DNA of 17,334 nucleotides from assembly GCA_049472335.1 (NCBI GenBank), contig JBLIRO010000093.1, forward strand, positions 1-17,334, read 5' to 3'. Each line of letters opens with the position of its first letter. The stretch's first letter is position 1. The notes below the pieces were generated by a model. That model did no database searches and was not told the origin of the DNA. It saw only the letters and a list, made by a program, of their open reading frames with translations. A program made the position numbers and the translations under genes. This stretch comes from a bacterium (GTDB lineage Bacteria; SZUA-182; DTGQ01; JAFGSM01). Shown in pieces: positions 14,692-17,334 of the stretch.

Positions 14692-16905
14692 TTATTTAAA
14701 TATCTCGCTGAAGTTTATATCTTCACCTGTAAGAACAAAGGCAAGAGGAGGATACCCCTTTGTGGATTTCAGAAGGTTCTCATAATAGGCCGCATATTCC
14801 TGATCAGATTCATCTGGACCCGGGGCTCTCATACCCATCCATACCAGGTCGGCATCCTGTGAAAAATTTCTTATAGTGGTTTCGATATTATTTTGACTAT
14901 TGACCAATACATCAAGTTTTGCCCGTAATCTTCCCCTGACCAGAAAATTTTCCATGTTTTCAATAATCTTGATCTTATCTTCTTCACTTTTTACAATGGT
15001 TTTTACTGTCAATTGTGATCCTTTCCATTCAGGGCTTGTCTGCAGCATATATCCCAAGGCAAGCATTAATCCGGCATTACCTTTAAATCCCCTCCACCAG
15101 ATGTAAATCTGTTTATTTTTTTTATGAAGAAGGTCAGAGATATTGCTTTCACGCACAATGATAATATTTCTTTTTGATTGATATATTAATCTGATCAGTT
15201 CGGCAAATTGGACAAAATTTTCCTTTTGCGTGGTCTCTCCGAACAGGAATGTATTGGGTGTAAGAGGGCCTAATCCGTATGTGCTGATAAGGTTTTTGGC
15301 CCCGGAGATAAAATCATCCGCCAGGTTTACCTCGACTAAAGCAGGTATATCTCTTTTCCGGAGGAATTCCTTAATAGATTTTTCCAGGTTATCAATTCGT
15401 TCTTCAGCTATGGATTTACTCGAGTGGATTGAGGCTACAGTTAGAAAGCCTTTCCCATGACTTATAGCATCGGCAAGCTGGATGAGATAAAGACGCTGAG
15501 TCGGAGCCCCGCTTAAGGTTAAAATGTTAGGACGCCATGAGCGTACATCGGTTTTAGAGCCTTCAAGCCTGTAAATAGAAAAACGCGCAAAAAAGAGCAG
15601 GATGCTTCTGCGGATGTCAAACCACCTTGCGTTTATATCCCTCTTTATCATAACAAAATAGATCAGCGCAATGATAAAAGTGGCTATAAAGGTGGCACCC
15701 GGATTTATCATAAGCATAGCTCCCAGACAGAGGGCCGCTCCTAGTAGAGAAAGACCCCATGGAATTTTAAAGGTGGGACGATAGGAAGGGTTTCCGATTA
15801 AGCCTTCAAATCCGGCTATTAGATTTAACGTGCCATAGGACGTTAAGAAAAACATTGAGAGCACCGGTGCGATGGCATTAATATCCCCGAGAAGAATGCC
15901 GGTAAGGGCAATAATGAAGGAGAAGGCGGTGGCGATCCTGGGGGTGTCTTCAGGTCCGAATCCCTTTCCTAAAAACTGAGGTACGACACGATCCCTGGCA
16001 AGCGCCTGCAGGGTTCTCGGGGCTCCCAGAAGGGCGCCGAGGGCGCTCGACAAGGTCGCTCCCCAGATGCCCAATATTATCAGTGAGCTGATAAATGCGA
16101 CATCTTTCATGATCATGGGATTTGAAATGAGGAGATTCTCCGGAACATGATAGAAGAGAAATATGGGTATGCCCATATAAATGATATATCCTGTGATTAC
16201 AGCGAAAAGGGTCCCCCAGGGTAATGACTTGGCCGGATCCTTTAAATCCCCGGACATGGCTATTCCTGCTTCAATGCCTGTTACCGCAGGGAAAAAAACC
16301 GCGAAGGCAATCCAGAAAGAGACCTTGGGCAGTATTGGCATGTTCCCCACGGCCTGTGATTTAGGGGCGCCACCCATGAAAAATGAAAGGAGAGAAAGGA
16401 TTATTATCACGAAGATACCCAGTTGAGTTTTCAGGGCCACATCAGCAGATATATAGGCTAATACCGTCAGTGCCACCAGGGTGATGACGCCTATTAACGG
16501 GATAGGAAGCCGGGGAAACAGATTGTTGACCGATTCGGAGAACCCGGCGATATAGAAAGATATCCCTATTGCCTGGGCCAGAAACAGAGGAATTCCGACC
16601 GCGGTTCCGGCCTCCACCCCAAAAGAACGGGAGATCATAAAATATGCCCCGCCTCCGCCTACATCCATATTTGTGGCGGTTGCTGATATTGAAAGGCCGG
16701 TGAGAAAGGTGATTGCACTGGATATTGTGACGATTATGAGGGTCTTCCAGAGCCCCATATTACCGACCACCCAGCCGAGCCTCAGATACATGATAACGCC
16801 TAATATGGTGAGGATGCTGGGAAGGTAAACACCTTTAAATGTTCCAAAGCCTGTCTTGGTTATTTTTCCGTTTATTGTCGCATTTGAATTATTATTCCTG
16901 CTCAT
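14692..16905 (-). CDS. Amino acid permease / SLC12 cation-chloride cotransporter (CCC) family protein
   Basis: Motifs FGTFKGVYLPSILTILGVIMYLRLGWVVG, SISATATN, GGGAYFMISRSFG, FAVFFPAVTGI.AG..MSGDLKDP and APRTLQALARD, plus the cytoplasmic domain motifs WRPNIL, GKGF and GLGPLTPN. Confidence 0.93.
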   Translation of the reverse strand: MSRNNNSNATINGKITKTGFGTFKGVYLPSILTILGVIMYLRLGWVVGNMGLWKTLIIVTISSAITFLTGLSISATATNMDVGGGGAYFMISRSFGVEAGTAVGIPLFLAQAIGISFYIAGFSESVNNLFPRLPIPLIGVITLVALTVLAYISADVALKTQLGIFVIIILSLLSFFMGGAPKSQAVGNMPILPKVSFWIAFAVFFPAVTGIEAGIAMSGDLKDPAKSLPWGTLFAVITGYIIYMGIPIFLFYHVPENLLISNPMIMKDVAFISSLIILGIWGATLSSALGALLGAPRTLQALARDRVVPQFLGKGFGPEDTPRIATAFSFIIALTGILLGDINAIAPVLSMFFLTSYGTLNLIAGFEGLIGNPSYRPTFKIPWGLSLLGAALCLGAMLMINPGATFIATFIIALIYFVMIKRDINARWFDIRRSILLFFARFSIYRLEGSKTDVRSWRPNILTLSGAPTQRLYLIQLADAISHGKGFLTVASIHSSKSIAEERIDNLEKSIKEFLRKRDIPALVEVNLADDFISGAKNLISTYGLGPLTPNTFLFGETTQKENFVQFAELIRLIYQSKRNIIIVRESNISDLLHKKNKQIYIWWRGFKGNAGLMLALGYMLQTSPEWKGSQLTVKTIVKSEEDKIKIIENMENFLVRGRLRAKLDVLVNSQNNIETTIRNFSQDADLVWMGMRAPGPDESDQEYAAYYENLLKSTKGYPPLAFVLTGEDINFSEIFK

Positions 16906-17067
16906 ACTATTTTCCTGCCTGTTATATGATTTAAAACAAAACTATTTTAAACTATTTTTTGGAGGAGATATATTTATTTTAAATTTTGTAAAATGTCAAG
17001 TATCTTTTTCAGTTTAAATTTATTATTATATAATTAAATTGATAATATTGTTGAAAATGTAATTTTA

Positions 17068-17115
17068 TTCCATCCAAATCAACATTTAAGTCAAAAAGAG
17101 TTCCATCCAAATCAA
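17068..17115. repeat. Perfect 15-bp direct repeat with 33-bp period
   Basis: TTCCATCCAAATCAA at 17068-17082 and 17101-17115, with a partial TTCCAT at 17133. Confidence 0.8.
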
Positions 17116-17255
17116 AAATTATACACTTAACATTCCATTTTTGTATTAAATTATCAATAAGCTTCATTAGTAATTACAAATCCAATTGTTATCCTCGGAT
17201 TTAATAAATTGATATAATATATTTTTATCTGATATACCCGAAATATAAAAAGTAA

Positions 17256-17334
17256 GTAGCACGATGGATCCCCAAATGGGGTGAAAACAGGATAACGGGG
17301 ATGATTGAAAATCGTCCGGATTGGTGTATATCCA
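17256..17334 (+). pseudogene. ileS: Internal fragment of isoleucyl-tRNA synthetase lacking its N-terminal half; runs off the window edge
   Basis: After the in-frame TAA (17253-17255) the frame reads VARWIPKWGENRITGMIENRPDWCIS, the IleRS W.P.WG..RI..M...RPDWCISR segment. Upstream DNA is AT-rich and non-coding. Confidence 0.8.

Noticed and set aside
402..16426. Remaining short ORFs in the track that overlap or lie antisense to the called genes (e.g. 402-644, 1614-1946, 2898-3251, 5041-5343, 10673-11122, 13524-13907)
   Set aside because: They overlap well-supported CDSs and have no recognisable motifs.
17068..17115. Mini-CRISPR interpretation of the 15-bp repeats
   Set aside because: The repeat (15 nt) and spacer (18 nt) are too short, and there are only two full copies.
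16906..17250. AT-rich region as a replication origin
   Set aside because: No clear cluster of DnaA boxes (TTATCCACA) and no dnaA or rep gene nearby.

Overview
A gene-dense bacterial chromosomal segment with AT-rich intergenic regions. No rRNA, tRNA, CRISPR array, integrase or transposase is visible. From left to right it carries: a 5'-truncated rsgA; two short ORFs that look like one frameshifted, catalytically dead YkuD/L,D-transpeptidase-like gene; a probable operon (coiled-coil/RCK_C protein, MarC, ppa); a two-gene cassette (nucleotidyltransferase-like protein plus a 60-aa acidic partner) that is probably expressed from a leaderless mRNA; a UPF0104/LPG-synthase-type membrane protein; malQ; an MsbA/Sav1866-type ABC exporter; an MscS channel; a secreted Pro/Thr/Phe repeat protein; a secreted PKD-domain protein; and an SLC12-like cation-chloride cotransporter. 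Signals not shown by the ORF track are: (i) the two secreted-protein genes share a distant promoter layout of three 11-bp-phased TTTAATCTT repeats followed by TATAAT; (ii) an orphan internal ileS fragment (WIPKWGENRITGMIENRPDWCIS) starts abruptly after an in-frame stop at the right edge; (iii) a 94-nt REPIN-like hairpin lies in one of the long leaders. Function calls rest on motif recognition by eye; no database searches were run.
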